The notes under the pieces are model-generated. The model saw only the letters and a list, made by a program, of their open reading frames with translations, ran no database searches and was not told the origin of the DNA. A stretch of DNA of 64,000 nucleotides. It comes from Trichoplax adhaerens (taxonomy: Eukaryota > Animalia > Placozoa). The stretch spans positions 56,291 to 120,290 of the forward strand of contig NW_002060953.1 in the NCBI RefSeq assembly GCF_000150275.1, read 5' to 3'. The position numbers were made by a program, and so were the translations under genes. Below, one piece after another: positions 41,701 to 54,876 of this stretch (positions within the stretch are counted from its first letter, which is position 1; each line of letters starts with the position of its first letter).

Positions 41701-42858
41701 TACCTGCTAATCTTAACTTGGTATGTCCATCACCGTACATTAGTTATCATAATGTGCTTTGGACTATTAACTAATCTTAATATAGCACTTCATCCGTGAA
41801 TGCATTATTGAAAAGTAATATTCTACAAGCATAGCTGTGAATATAGTAGTGCCTGACTATTATCGGGATATAAATAATGTCGAATGGTAATCCTATCTGT
41901 TAATTATTAACAAATAAGTACATTATCGTAAACCGTCAGCAAAGCGACTTGAATTTGTACTAGTATCTATTAATTATTTATGATCTGTTTATGTCAAACA
42001 CTAATATTGTACTTTCTATTTTTAATAACATCAAGTAGACATTTTAGCTGTGAATAAGCTCTTCAAACTCGACGGGATGTAAGAATTATATATAATAAAT
42101 ATTTTTATTATTATTTCCGACACCAATAGAACACATCCTCAAATTGAATTGAATCGCTACACCGTTGTTGGATACGCGGTCAGGCTTGCTAACAATAATC
42201 TCAAGTTCTGGAATTATATTAAAATGTAGTGGTTTCTTTAAAATTGTTGAACAGAAATTGACATTAATCAGATTTTTTAACTTGAACCAATATCTTCATC
42301 AAGAAGCTTAATTAAAAGCTAGTTTACATATTTGAGACATTGAGGTTACTCTAAGTAATACCAAGCTAGAACTTTTTAACGCTAAATTTTCATTTTAATT
42401 AAGTTAACTACCTTATGATATGAAGAACAGCATATGCAATTACGGAATACTCATTAAAACAATAACATTATTTATACATAGTCTGGGCCTAACAGTATTG
42501 CCAAAGCAAGTAAATTATATTATTATTCCTTCCATCTATAAAATGACTCATTGAAATAATCAGTAGTGCTATTAACATGATATTTTTATTATCTTCAACA
42601 TTAACAAAAACTATTATGAATGATTTAGATATCATGAATAGATATTGTTAATCAGTCAACATATTTTAAATGAACTCCTTTCTTCAAATACTAAACCTAG
42701 CATTGCACTATTATGCTAATAACAGGAACATAATATTATCTTTTCTTAAAATACTTAATTTTCAATGATAATTAAAATCTTTCACAGCTGCTTAAATATG
42801 CTATTGTCTTTAATAATCCATTTATAATGAATGAAAGCTAAATTATTAAGTTAGTAGC

Positions 42859-42869
42859 TAATTTCCTGT
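42859..42869 (+). promoter_or_regulatory. Candidate shared upstream motif TAATTTCCTGT
   Basis: 450 bp upstream of ATG 43309; identical to 22236 and 30982. Confidence 0.35.
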
Positions 42870-43308
42870 CGAGTATACAATATAAATATCTTAAAATTCA
42901 AAATCAATTAATAATTCTCATAATTTCGAAAAAATTTGAAGATTTCTACTTGTTTAAGAGAAGGAAAACTGAACTTCATTGTTTTGCATTTATTTATACT
43001 TGAGCGATTACATATTTATTGCATTTCTAAGAGTTGACTTGGATATCAAAAACCAGGCGTTACATTAACCTTCAATCTTATTGAAAATGATTTCATCTTT
43101 ATTTCAATTTACTACAAATCATTTTTAGCCTAAACGATTAATTTACATTTGGGATTAATATGCAATACTAAATCATGATACGGCTTGCTTAAAATAAAAA
43201 TCAGAATCGCAAAACTGTCCATTATCATTAAGAGAAAAACGTATATCCTAAAATTGGTGGCAGCATTGGCGTTAAAATAATCGTAGCTTTAACACTATTT
43301 TCGCCGCG

Positions 43309-44317
43309 ATGACAACAATCTTATCATCTATTACAATCAGTTGGAATTGGTATCCAACTGAATATGATGGCAACATAACTACCCGGACAGAAAGGCCTGG
43401 CTTTAGGCATAGCGATGCAAAATTTATCATCTTAATCATATTTTCAGTTTTCATTAGTCTAATAGCTATAACTTGTAATTTATTTAATTTAGTTTTCATT
43501 TAAAAATCGCCAGCATTGCATAATATGAACAATTTACTCATTTTAAACTTATCTTTCGTCGATTTCCTTAACGGTTTAATAGGATTACCACTTGGTATGA
43601 TAGCAGCTATTATTGGTGATCCTGGATTTGCTTTTTGCCAGATTCAAGGCTTCATTCTAGTTTTTCTCTATATGGCTTCCCTGATAGCAACATCTGCAGT
43701 TAGCATTGATCGTTGCAATGCAGTTATTAATCCGTTTGGTTATCAGTCATCCGTTAGCGTAAATTAAAGTGCCGCAACCACAATTGGTATATGGTTTATT
43801 CCCTGTATATTAGCAGCGATACCGTTACTTGGTTTAGAGCAATATGGCTTAGGCAGATATTTTCTTCTAGTTGTTTGTGCTATTTCATTTCATAATTATC
43901 ATGAAAATTATATCATCTATTGGATCATGATGGCATTTATAGCCATTACTATATCTATTATTATTATATGTTATATCATTATTTTTTATGATTGCTTATC
44001 AAAAATCAGCACAAGATTTGGCCCGTGGCAACTTAAAAAAGTCAATTCGCACAACTTCAATGATTATTGGAACAAACTTAGTCTGTTGGTTGCCCTATGT
44101 CATTATTGGTATTCGAAGTGTTGCTTATATCAACCGCGATGTAGTACCAGTTTATCGTCCAACTTTTGCGAACATTATATCTGTAATATTAATTTTCAGT
44201 AATTCTGCTATTAACCCAGTTATCTATGCAACGACAAATAGTTTTATACGCAAGCGATTTTGCGGGCTTTTACATTCTAACCGTATTCAACCATGGACGT
44301 CTGCTACACCAAGATAG
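43309..44317 (+). pseudogene. Recent GPCR pseudogene (two nonsense codons and one +1 frameshift)
   Basis: Stops TAA at 43501 and 43765 in the same frame; +1 shift around the T run at 43982-43987; otherwise complete with DRC, CWLP and NPVIY. Confidence 0.92.
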
Positions 44318-44438
44318 AAAAACCCTATTACGTGCATCGTCTGCTAACATTAAATCTTCATATATTAAGAAATCAAACAATCAAAATTGAAGTATTTCAT
44401 GAGTAGGTAACATGGCTTGAAAAGCTCAATTGGAATAC

Positions 44439-44838
44439 CGTCACAAACTTATGTTGCGAACTACTATACTAAACTAAGACATTACTTATGCCTTGCTTCA
44501 CTACACCTGGAGATCTACTGTGTGGTAGTTCTATACTACTTACGGTCACACAGGATAAGATTGTTCTAAAAGATTAGCATAGTTTTATTAATAGAGTAGC
44601 CGAGTACCTTCTCGTACACGATCTAATAAAGAACTCAGGAACTAAGCATTCGCTCGTCCTTTTATACCCTTCCGCTAAATTTGTAGTACTCGCATAGTAA
44701 CTTGACAATATAAGATTTACATGATTTATAGACATTATTAATATTCTTTATTTCAATTATCAATTGCCAATATGATCAATTAGCTAAACACTAACAAAAT
44801 CTATTTAATTAGCAAGTACGGTGCTATGCTCCGTAACA
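44439..44838 (-). mobile_element. Probable solo LTR, family C, with ~95-bp internal deletion (400 bp)
   Basis: Colinear with 13654-14148; perfect 5-bp TSD AATAC (44434-44438 / 44839-44843); terminal T changed to C at 44439. Confidence 0.87.
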
Positions 44839-47800
44839 AATACATAATGCGTTTACTATTAAAAGATCAGACTTTGAAGATTTCACAGATGAACATCCGT
44901 TATTAGATTAACCAGATTTCAAAATTATTTCAAGGGTCAGTAAAGTTTGCTATCGCTTTTCCTTCTTGAAGCTAGTATTCTATCAAAGAATTGAAAACTG
45001 ACCTAAATGTAGTAATTTCCTCGATCAAAATTCAAGACCTAATTTTAGTTTTAGACTAAATACTAAATAAAAATTTTACTTTTATATATATAGAATCTTA
45101 TTATGAGTAGCTCGTGATGTTATTATTATATAAGGAATTTAATTATAATCAAAATTCTTTCTACATAAACTATCCATTATCAATCATTTACTTAATCGCC
45201 TTCAACTCATTTCTACAAATGTTAAAACAAACATTGAATCTGTAGAGGCTTGTATAATATATAATAGTATGTTGGCAATAAATTCTCTCACCTTTTAAGA
45301 TAAGAGTTCATATCAAAAAATTCAATTCTAAGGATGTTTGATTTATTACATACCTGAAATGGTCATCAGTATAATTATTGAAATATTGAAATATGGATAA
45401 TCTTACTAAATATAGAGACAATGGATAGTAACTTTAGTATTTAATGTAAGTACGTACACCTAATTTCATTCGAAAAATTTTTATCATCTGGTACGGGTAT
45501 AAATAATTGAACCATTAAGCGTTTTAAAGTGATAACTAGGTATACAATTATTCCCTTCTTTTTAGTAGCCAAGGTGTTAATCATATAAATTATCTGTATG
45601 AAAGCAGATCAGAATGGCAAGTTAATTTTTTTACAGTATATCTTGTTGTTTTGAAGAAATCATCGTTAGTACAATAAGTACTATATCAAGTTTTTAGTTT
45701 ATTGATACTCAGAACAGCCTGTGGGAATATTAACACATTTGCGCTATTTATTAACAGTATAATAGCCTATTTATGAACTATTTTTTTAATTACTGTAGTG
45801 ATCATGGCAGTCAAGATATTGTACTATTCTCTTGGTAACTACGTATATTTTCCATTTACGATCAGAGCACATTATTTCTTGCATAACTAATACAATAATA
45901 AGACTCCATTAGATCAAGCCAATCTCTTACCTTCAGATTGTAATGATAATGTATTATAATCCTACTGACTGAAACTTTTAAATATTTTTTCAAAAACGAT
46001 TAGTACTTTATACTTGCTGATCGATTTCGGCCTTGAATAAAATTACTTAAATTCTCCAAATAAGAATTTTTGAAGTAGCCATCTTGGATATTGATATTAG
46101 CCAATTTTCTCATTGTCTAGCCTAAAAACATTTCATCATAGACAATGTTTAATTCTATACCATCAAATTAATCATTAATTCTAGTCTTTAGTATAGTTAC
46201 AATAAATCGTATATTGAGATAGGCTATTCTTACGATATACAAAAAAATGTCAATAAAGAATACCAATACGCTATTTACAACAATTTTGCTAAACCAGAAC
46301 GGGCTTACGAATCATCATGAACGTATGCATCTTATCGCTTATAGCGCTGCTGATCTTAAATATACAATAATAGAAAATTATTAAAAGCATTCTACACGGG
46401 TAATTCTAAATTTTTTATCGAATTTTAACCTTCCATCCTTCCAAATGATTGTATCTCCCATAACATCCTTTAGATATTATTACGTAGTACTGATGAGCAG
46501 ATCGTGCTGTAGTCCCGTGAGTTTGGTACTGGTGTTAAATTCTTAATCAAGTATGGAATTACTAATATGCACTATTGTAGGCTATAATACTTGCGTAGTT
46601 TAATGCGATTAGTTGCTCGTGCCCCGGTAAAATATGGTAATTTAATGCCCGTTCTTAGAGCGTGGAAGCGTAATAATGTTACTACCATTACTAAATAGGT
46701 CATGCGCTAGGGATTTATTAGCGTATGCAACGAGTAGATCGGGAGTGCTTCTAGTTAATAGTTTGTTTTAAATATAGTTACGGTAGGTTTTATTGTAATA
46801 AAGCTTAATTCGAGCTTTAAATCCAGATAATTTGATTTAACTAAATATCTGACAATGTTTAAAACGATTTCGAATATAATGTCCTAATTCTAAAACCGGA
46901 CTTAAAGTAAATAAGTTTGTCTTTGCTGAAAAATATGCTTGCCCATACAGCGATACTTATTTTTTCAATTAATAGAAAACATACTTATATCTATTTTACT
47001 TCTAAATATTAAATATTTAACAACTATGATGCTGAAAAAACTTGAAGTTACCGTTAAGTAGATGAAGGGAATATTTGACAGACATTTATATTAAGTTTGG
47101 CGTCGGTACCGAATAAGAGTACGAAAATAACGATTAAGACCAATAATGGGCAAGCTATATGATTATCGTAAAAGTATAGTGTTCTCTAAAATTTCTTTCT
47201 AAATACTTAACTTAATTTAATACAGCATATTTTTACAAAATGAACGTAAAAGCATTATAGTTTCTGATGGTAAAACATTAATCGACTACCTTGTACTGCA
47301 CCGTCCGAAATGTAATGTTTAATATAAGAAAGATATCTTTGTTGCCTATACATGTGCCGCAGGTAAATTTACTATTAGATTTCTTTAAAAAATACTAGTA
47401 CAAACTCCCGTCGCTTTGCTAACGGTTTACGATAATGTGCTCATTTAACAGATAGTATTACCATTTGTCGTAGACCTGTCAGAGGTTCAGTAACTTTATT
47501 AAACTTCAAAAGCCGTATTATAGTAATACTATGATAAAATAATTTTAATCATTATTATTATTATAATAATAATAATAAATAATTTTAATAATAGTCAGAA
47601 ATAGTTATACCTGGCACGTAAATAATTGTTTAATCAGCTGACCATCTCTAAAATGATTTTAGAATATTATGCAACCTACATATTTCCTAACGATATACAT
47701 CATATATGCAAGTAGGTATTGAATAATTTCCAGCATATATTCCAGCAACTTATTGATTTATACGAAATACGACTAGGTAATAATATACAATAAACAAGAT

Positions 47801-48069
47801 TGCATCTTTACCACTTCTAATAGATGTTAAACACATGTAAAGCTTTCTACACTCTATCATCAATTTTAACATTCTTTGGATCTTTTGTAAATGTGTCGCG
47901 GTACGAACTACCGTGAAGAAATAGCTATCTAAATTTGGTTAATATAATATAGTGATAATATATTACAACTAGTTACTTACCGTAGGAATTACTCTAATTA
48001 TAAATGTGTTACAGGAAATTTAATGTTGTGCTGTAATGTGCACTGAAACGATTCTGTGAATGGACATAT

Positions 48070-48282
48070 TGTAGTCCGACTGAGAACAATTAGTTAGTAG
48101 ATGTTCTCACCTAAGTATTTTTATAAGATGACTCATGATTGTTAGTTGCTGTAGAAGGGTATATATACCCGTCAGACAGTTGAATATAGTAGTTCTCAAT
48201 TGTCTAGTTGAGTTTAACGTAGAATCAAAGGCGTCTAAATTCTTGTGAGATAGTTCAGGGATACTGAATCCCAGAGACTATA
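48070..48282 (+). mobile_element. Possible old, short solo LTR
   Basis: Termini TGTAGTC / GACTATA (6 of 7 inverted match) and a TATATATA near 48160; flanks CATAT/GAGAT match only 3 of 5; no second copy in the window. Confidence 0.25.
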
Positions 48283-50460
48283 GAGATTTAGAGATTTATT
48301 TTACGTTATCCTTGTCACGAAGCTGATTTGTGACAAAAATGCGATAGCTTTAGTTTATCTAAATATTATGAATATAGCTGCCTTAAAATATTATTGAAAA
48401 AATGAAGCCGATTATATTTAGGTCAGATTTTCTCGAGCCTTTTCATCTATTTAACAGCTTCATTAAAATGCCTTACCTTCATAACAACTAAGCTAAGCGC
48501 GTATCGTGATATCGACTTTAACTATATTGTACGCAAGTACTTGCTTATACAACATTGTATAATAGCTATTGTGACAACTTAAAAAATATCGCAATGAATT
48601 GATATCTATCTTTCTAGAATAATTGTATACATAATGATTAATCTATAACTTATAAATTAATAAAGGGACTTGCTTAAACTATTTTTAGCGGATAGCCTGA
48701 ATGAGATAAAGTGGCTTTAAAGCTTGAACTTTTTATTCATATTAGCTATAAAGCATCTAGTCTTTGATACAGAGACCGAACTTAAATTTGCGTTAAGTTG
48801 AGATATATAACATGTCGGTAATATCATCTATTTTATGCAATCTATTTCCACTTAAGAAACAATTCATAGACAGGATATACCTAGGGTTACGTTGCCATTC
48901 TTTGTTTGATAAATATTTTTTATTCCATCGCGTTTTGCTTTAGCTCTACAAGTCAGTAACTTTATATTATTTATGTATTGCCATAACTAAAACCCTATTG
49001 AATACCAAATCGATTCATTACGTTATTTTTATGGTTTGGTTATTAAGCATTTTACCAAAAGGTAAATCGCTAACGATATTTTTAGCAATTATTTCTAATA
49101 GCGATCTCTATTCATTTCATTATCACAGAAGTCAATCTATTGATCTAGATTACAGAAGCTTACCCTGTAGTGAAAATCAGCTGAGAAAACAGTTTTTGCA
49201 TTTATCACGAGCGAAAACCAAGTAATCTCGAAATATCATAATATTCAGTCATGACTTATAATAATAAATCCTTTCTACAAGAATTAGAATCTTGTAGTTT
49301 ATAAACGCGAAAGCGATGGGCGATAAGTTATCACTATTAAAGAACTGTGAAAACTATATAATTTCTTCTTAATCGTATACATGATTTAGAAAGATGAATT
49401 TTTCCAGTTTTATATCTAGCTCACAATCCTTACTTTCTATATAAAATATTAAGAGAATGTAACCTAAGTTATTTGTATTGTTAGTTGTTAATTGATATTT
49501 ACTGAGAATTTATGAAACCTGAAATCTTTGTAATAAGTATAGTAAATCCTTGTTAAAGATGTCTCATAGTTTTCCATATGAAGTAAGTGAATCAGACTGA
49601 ATTCTGAAGTACTGCTTTATCTAAAACTTGTAAAACCTTTGCAGTCGGATGTGTAAATTAGTGCATGACTATATAAGAGAGCTCTCTAATTATAAAATTA
49701 GACTTTTCTTACGCTCAGAAATTGACTATTATTGTGATTGAGGGAAAGTAACAGAACTGCTAACACTTCGATCGAAATATTTCCATAGTTTTTTTGTGTT
49801 ATCTACATCATATTAATTAGGTAATTGGGTTTAGAACCTCTTAGATTCGTAATGCAGTAACTTAAAATTCAAGTTATTAAAATTGAGCAAAGATCTAACA
49901 CGAAATAAATATTAGCAGACCTGCGAGCTTACCATTCTATCATACCATCATTCATACAGTTACTTTATTAAGCTTAATGATCTAATCTATGTTACATGAT
50001 GAAGCTAACTTTAAATTACTACTGTAGTTGCTGGAATCGATACAGTTATGTACTAGTACATTAATTTAGAATCATTGTATATAGGAGACACGGATTTACA
50101 ACATTTTAACAGGCTATATTGCTAACTAAAACCATAACATTTGATACTTTCTAAATATTTCTAGAAATTTAGTCCTATTCGAAATTCATAATTAGCTTGA
50201 ATATAGATATTAATCTCAAATAATGGCAGAAAAAGCTTAATCACGTTTCATTTTCATTTCATGCTTTTTACTTTTTAATTGGAATGTATGCTATCGATAT
50301 TCCGTGGCTATAAAAGCCTCTTTTTCATTTTAATAAAGCGATCTTCTTAGTTCTAAATTTTATATATTTTACTAAGAGCCTAATTCCAGTCGAAGCAGTA
50401 CGAATCTACGTACTTCTACCGTATTTAATTTATTAATATATAACGCCATTTTTACTAGCG

Positions 50461-51012
50461 TGTGATATATACCAATCACGAAATTACAAATTTTAGAAAA
50501 ATAAGGGCTTTATTGAATCTTATACAAAGATTAACTACACACAGTTCTACTCTAGCCGAATACTACTACTAAAGACTTCTACAACGAACTAACAGAATAA
50601 TCTATAGTTTCATGCTTTTATACTTTCCGTAGCATTCGCAGCTACAATCCGCATGGCAATCTTTTACCTTATATTACACATAGTTAAATTATTCTTAGTA
50701 AGACTAATCTACTGCGGACCATCACTAATCCAATATGGATACGACTACTGTACTTACGTAGACATCATTCACACCAGCCAAAGTACAATGAATTAACCAT
50801 ATCCTAATATATGATTTACAGTTCTATTTTTACCTATAGGCTTATTAGTAACTCAACAGCTTACTGTATATAGTCATTTGTACTCTAGCATAGAGTCTCT
50901 ACCACTACAGTCTATAGTTACAGCTACCAAATATCTCTTAGGATAAATATCTACCGTACATTATACTACACACGGCTAACAGTCTACAATCACAATACTA
51001 AGTTACATTACA
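50461..51012 (-). mobile_element. Probable solo LTR, family B (552 bp)
   Basis: Reverse complement of 8210-8758; perfect 5-bp TSD TAGCG (50456-50460 / 51013-51017). Confidence 0.9.
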
Positions 51013-52104
51013 TAGCGATAACTTTTAGTTACTGCAGAAGCGTATAAAAGGCCGGCATATTTTATAATAATAAAGTTAATTCTTAAATTTAGCGTTTAAC
51101 TCGAAGCCAACCGAGTTAAATCGCTGATAATATTAAGAAGTATACTCAAGTGTTCCAAAGTGTTTTTAGATAGATTTGTAATGTCCTGATACGTGATTCG
51201 GGAAGAAGATTCGTATATTTGACTTTCTAGTTATTTTACTATCGATCTTGTTTGTGGCAGACAATTCATGAGCTTTTACTTTTTGAAAGTTAAAATATAT
51301 TTAAAGCGACAATTTTAACACTTAATATGATCTCTGTTCAGATGAATACTACTGTCTTATTATTTATCTTTGATCCAGGTGCTCTTAGTAATTAAACAGA
51401 AGTATCTTTGTTCCGGTACACCGCACTGAATACCGGTCCATTAAATACGAAAATTAATTAATCTGCCGAAATGTAATCTAATACCAGCGAATTTATTGTT
51501 GATTCGGAAAAGCAAATTACAATAAGTTTTAGGGTGATTAGTCCAATCATAAAATGTTTATTTATTACCTGTAGAATATCGAATTGTAATAATAGTATCT
51601 CACAAACATTTTATCTAATTTAGTCTATTTCCTACAAAATTATTGTCTTAGACAGATAAAATTTAAAAGAAAAGCTTTCATTACAGACTTAAGAATAGTA
51701 AAGCAATAATAGAATAGAATAAGTATCGAATCTAATGTACCTTGAGCTCCAAAGAAGTCTAGTCTATCGCAAGCTCAGCTTAGTAGTTCTGAAATACTTT
51801 CTTTCAATCTGTTTAAGGTAACAAATTTGCCTACAATGAGATTTGAGTCACCAAACACAAGACTCATTTCTTAAGTAGATCGTCAGCATGTTTTATAGTA
51901 CGAATTTATGTACTTAAATTATTCTTATTCTTCTATAAGTGTCCAACACTATAAGGTGCTAGGTATCTCCACAATTAGAGTACATAAAGTCATGTATAAT
52001 CTTGTACCATACTTAACAAACTGGCGAATGTAAGTGCTGTAAGCAACAATTCCCAATATAGTAATTAGCCATCATCTAACATCAGTGTCGCGATAACATC
52101 TATA

Positions 52105-52322
52105 ACTAGAAGCCTAAATATATCGAACGTAGCTATCGACATAATCAATATACGCTGTATATCGCTATGCAAAAGCTATTAATACGATAATTATCAGCAT
52201 TATTCTCACAATGATCACCATTACTAAAAGCCTCAATACATCAAACGTAGCTATCGACACAATCAAATATGGTGTATATCGCTATATCAAAACTATCAGT
52301 TCGATAATTATCAGCATTATTC
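52105..52322. repeat. Imperfect tandem duplication, period ~118 bp
   Basis: ACTA.AAGCCT.AATA.ATC.AACGTAGCTATCGACA.AATCAA...CGATAATTATCAGCATTATTC occurs from 52105 and again from 52223. Confidence 0.85.
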
Positions 52323-53655
52323 AACTTCAATTTTATTGAATTTTATCGTCATTCTTGATGAGACTGCGCTAATTACTATAAATTAAAATTACTCTTATAA
52401 TTTTCAGGCTAATAAAATACCGTATCTTCTACCTAATAGCCATATTTAGATAGAGATAGATCTTCACATATCTAAACTTATGGACTTAAGCATCCTATAA
52501 GCTGAATTGATCGTTGTCTGATACACCAATATAATCTGTTATCTTTAATCAAATCTCTGGATGGCTAAGTAAACCTGCACATCAATATCAGAAGGCTAGT
52601 ACTGTTGTATCGCAATTTAGTATGTAAGATCAGTCGAAATAATCATAAATCATGAGGTATAGCTTTATTACTGTATTATTTAAATAACTAGGTAAAATAA
52701 TGATTAATGACTATTTATTCTTAGAATATACGTGCTCGCAAAGTCGTTACAGTAGGAGTAATACCGATCTGATTCGATTAAATTTCAATTGCTATCTTGT
52801 CAATTTTATGAAATCTTGTCACTCGTAGCACTCTAACGGAGTTAAATTTGGTATCAATTATGATAAAATTTATTTTAAACTAAAAGTTCGAGCTGTATAA
52901 GTGCATTCTCAAGAGATCCAGGTTTAAGCTAATCAGATTAAAAGTGGGGTAGAAGAAATTTTCTAATCTAGACTATTACCCTGTAATTTGTACATTTTCT
53001 CGTATTATGAATTAATCATACCTGCTAGTAATTATGAAAAGTTACTGAGCTGCAGTATCTATTATTTACTTGTTGTGTTTACCAGAAGCTTTTTCTATAA
53101 CAAAGAAATTCTGTTCGAAACTATTATATATTTTAAGAACTTATAAAGTAATTAATTTCTTTACTACAATAAATGAGACTGCTCCTAGAAAATGAGTTTT
53201 GTAATTTAGCTGGTACATAGTTAAATAGGATTTTCTGGCGCTAAAGTTTTGAAGCCACGTAAACCATTAATTACAGTTTAGATTGTCAGCTAGAATTTTA
53301 ATGTAACACTTCGAGGCTTTAATAAAATAAATGCAATCAAGCTTTAAGTTCGTTCAGATTTCAACTGCTAGAATACGCGTAGAAATTGCTAAAATAAAGT
53401 ATCTGTATATAGGCTTGTAGTGCCATTTAAATTTTAAGATTCCTTTTGTATTAACTAGCTAAGTAATAATCTAGTTATGAGTTCTAAGTACTATAATTCT
53501 AACTAATTGATCAAATACAAGTGAAGTGAAGTAGGACAGATCGTGCTAGGACGTATATCGCAAGCAAGAATTATTTAACGAGAACTGTTAAACTTGAATC
53601 CGTTAGGTCACTTATATTAAAATTCGATGTTATAGCCATTCATCATTATTGTTGG

Positions 53656-53702
53656 CATACTAATGGCTAGTTGATGCCATACTAATGGCTAGTTGATGCC
53701 AT
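53656..53702. repeat. Perfect 22-bp tandem duplication
   Basis: CATACTAATGGCTAGTTGATGC twice, followed by CAT. Confidence 0.9.
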
Positions 53703-54876
53703 CCAGTAGTTCAAGACTGAAAGTGATGATTCTAATTTGCTCAAAAGCATTGTTAAATTTTTGTATTTTAATAATAATAGTGTGATATCATTCATATAAT
53801 AGTTATGCCCTTAGATGTTTTACATTTGTATCAATAAAAAGACGAATTCATGTCGTATAAGTAGCAACAACTATAATATAATGTTGACGTGCTTATTATT
53901 TTGCTAGATTAATAGGTGAACTATGTTCATGAGTATAACTTAAATAATTACAGAAATTATTCTCTAATTGAACCTCAAAAGAATGAATTTGAACATCTTT
54001 TATTACTTTAGAGAATGCTATATAAGCTCTGACGATATTTACAGTATTTAGCGTATACTTCAGGCATTTTTACAGGTAAAGATTAATAAGAAATTTCATA
54101 CCCAATTACTTTATATAAAATATCGTAGTAATATCGCATCGTTTAGTCCCCCAGAAATTTTATGATTAGTATTCGCTACTAAACCCATTCTCACTATCTA
54201 TTAGATACCTCTACATCTTTTTTAACAAATTCTCAAACTCATCTCTTTCACTCTGGTTATAACAGTAATCTTAATATGCTATTCCAATACTCTAAATATA
54301 CAATTCATAATTACAGTAAAATGAAACGACGCTATTAATATATTATTCTCTTATCTAGATAATAACTTAACACTATCGTATAAGATATTTCTTATTCGAT
54401 CAAGAATACAGTATTATAGGTAATTTTTATGCGTGTATCTCTACTGAGGTGTAATAACTGCAATAAACCTTTATGTAATTAAAAATAACGCCATCAATAC
54501 CTGTCTTCCGGCCTATTGGAAATTCTTAAAGATCAGTCCATCCAATGCAAGTTGAATTATTTATAGGTTTTTTGTTAGACGACTAATTATAATTAATAGA
54601 AAAGTACTACATAGATAATTAATCAATAAAATGTCATTTTCGAGGAATAAATGCATCCAAAAGCTCACCCCTCGAGTCAAGTTCTGAACAAACAGTGGCT
54701 TACAGTAGCATCAATTTGATAATGATGTTTCCTTAGTATCTTTATGCACACCTATAAATATACTTGCATTACAAAATAGTGTCACTTTTGAAAATTTATG
54801 GAAGGAACTCTTTAAACCATTTATCACCCCTAGGAATTTAATCGATACTTATACCAATACCACTCTCATAGATATT

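Noticed and set aside
47535-47592. (ATT)n(AAT)n quasi-palindrome
   Set aside because: Low-complexity microsatellite, expected in AT-rich DNA.
52105-53702. CRISPR-like array
   Set aside because: Only simple two-unit tandem duplications with no unique spacers, in a eukaryotic context.
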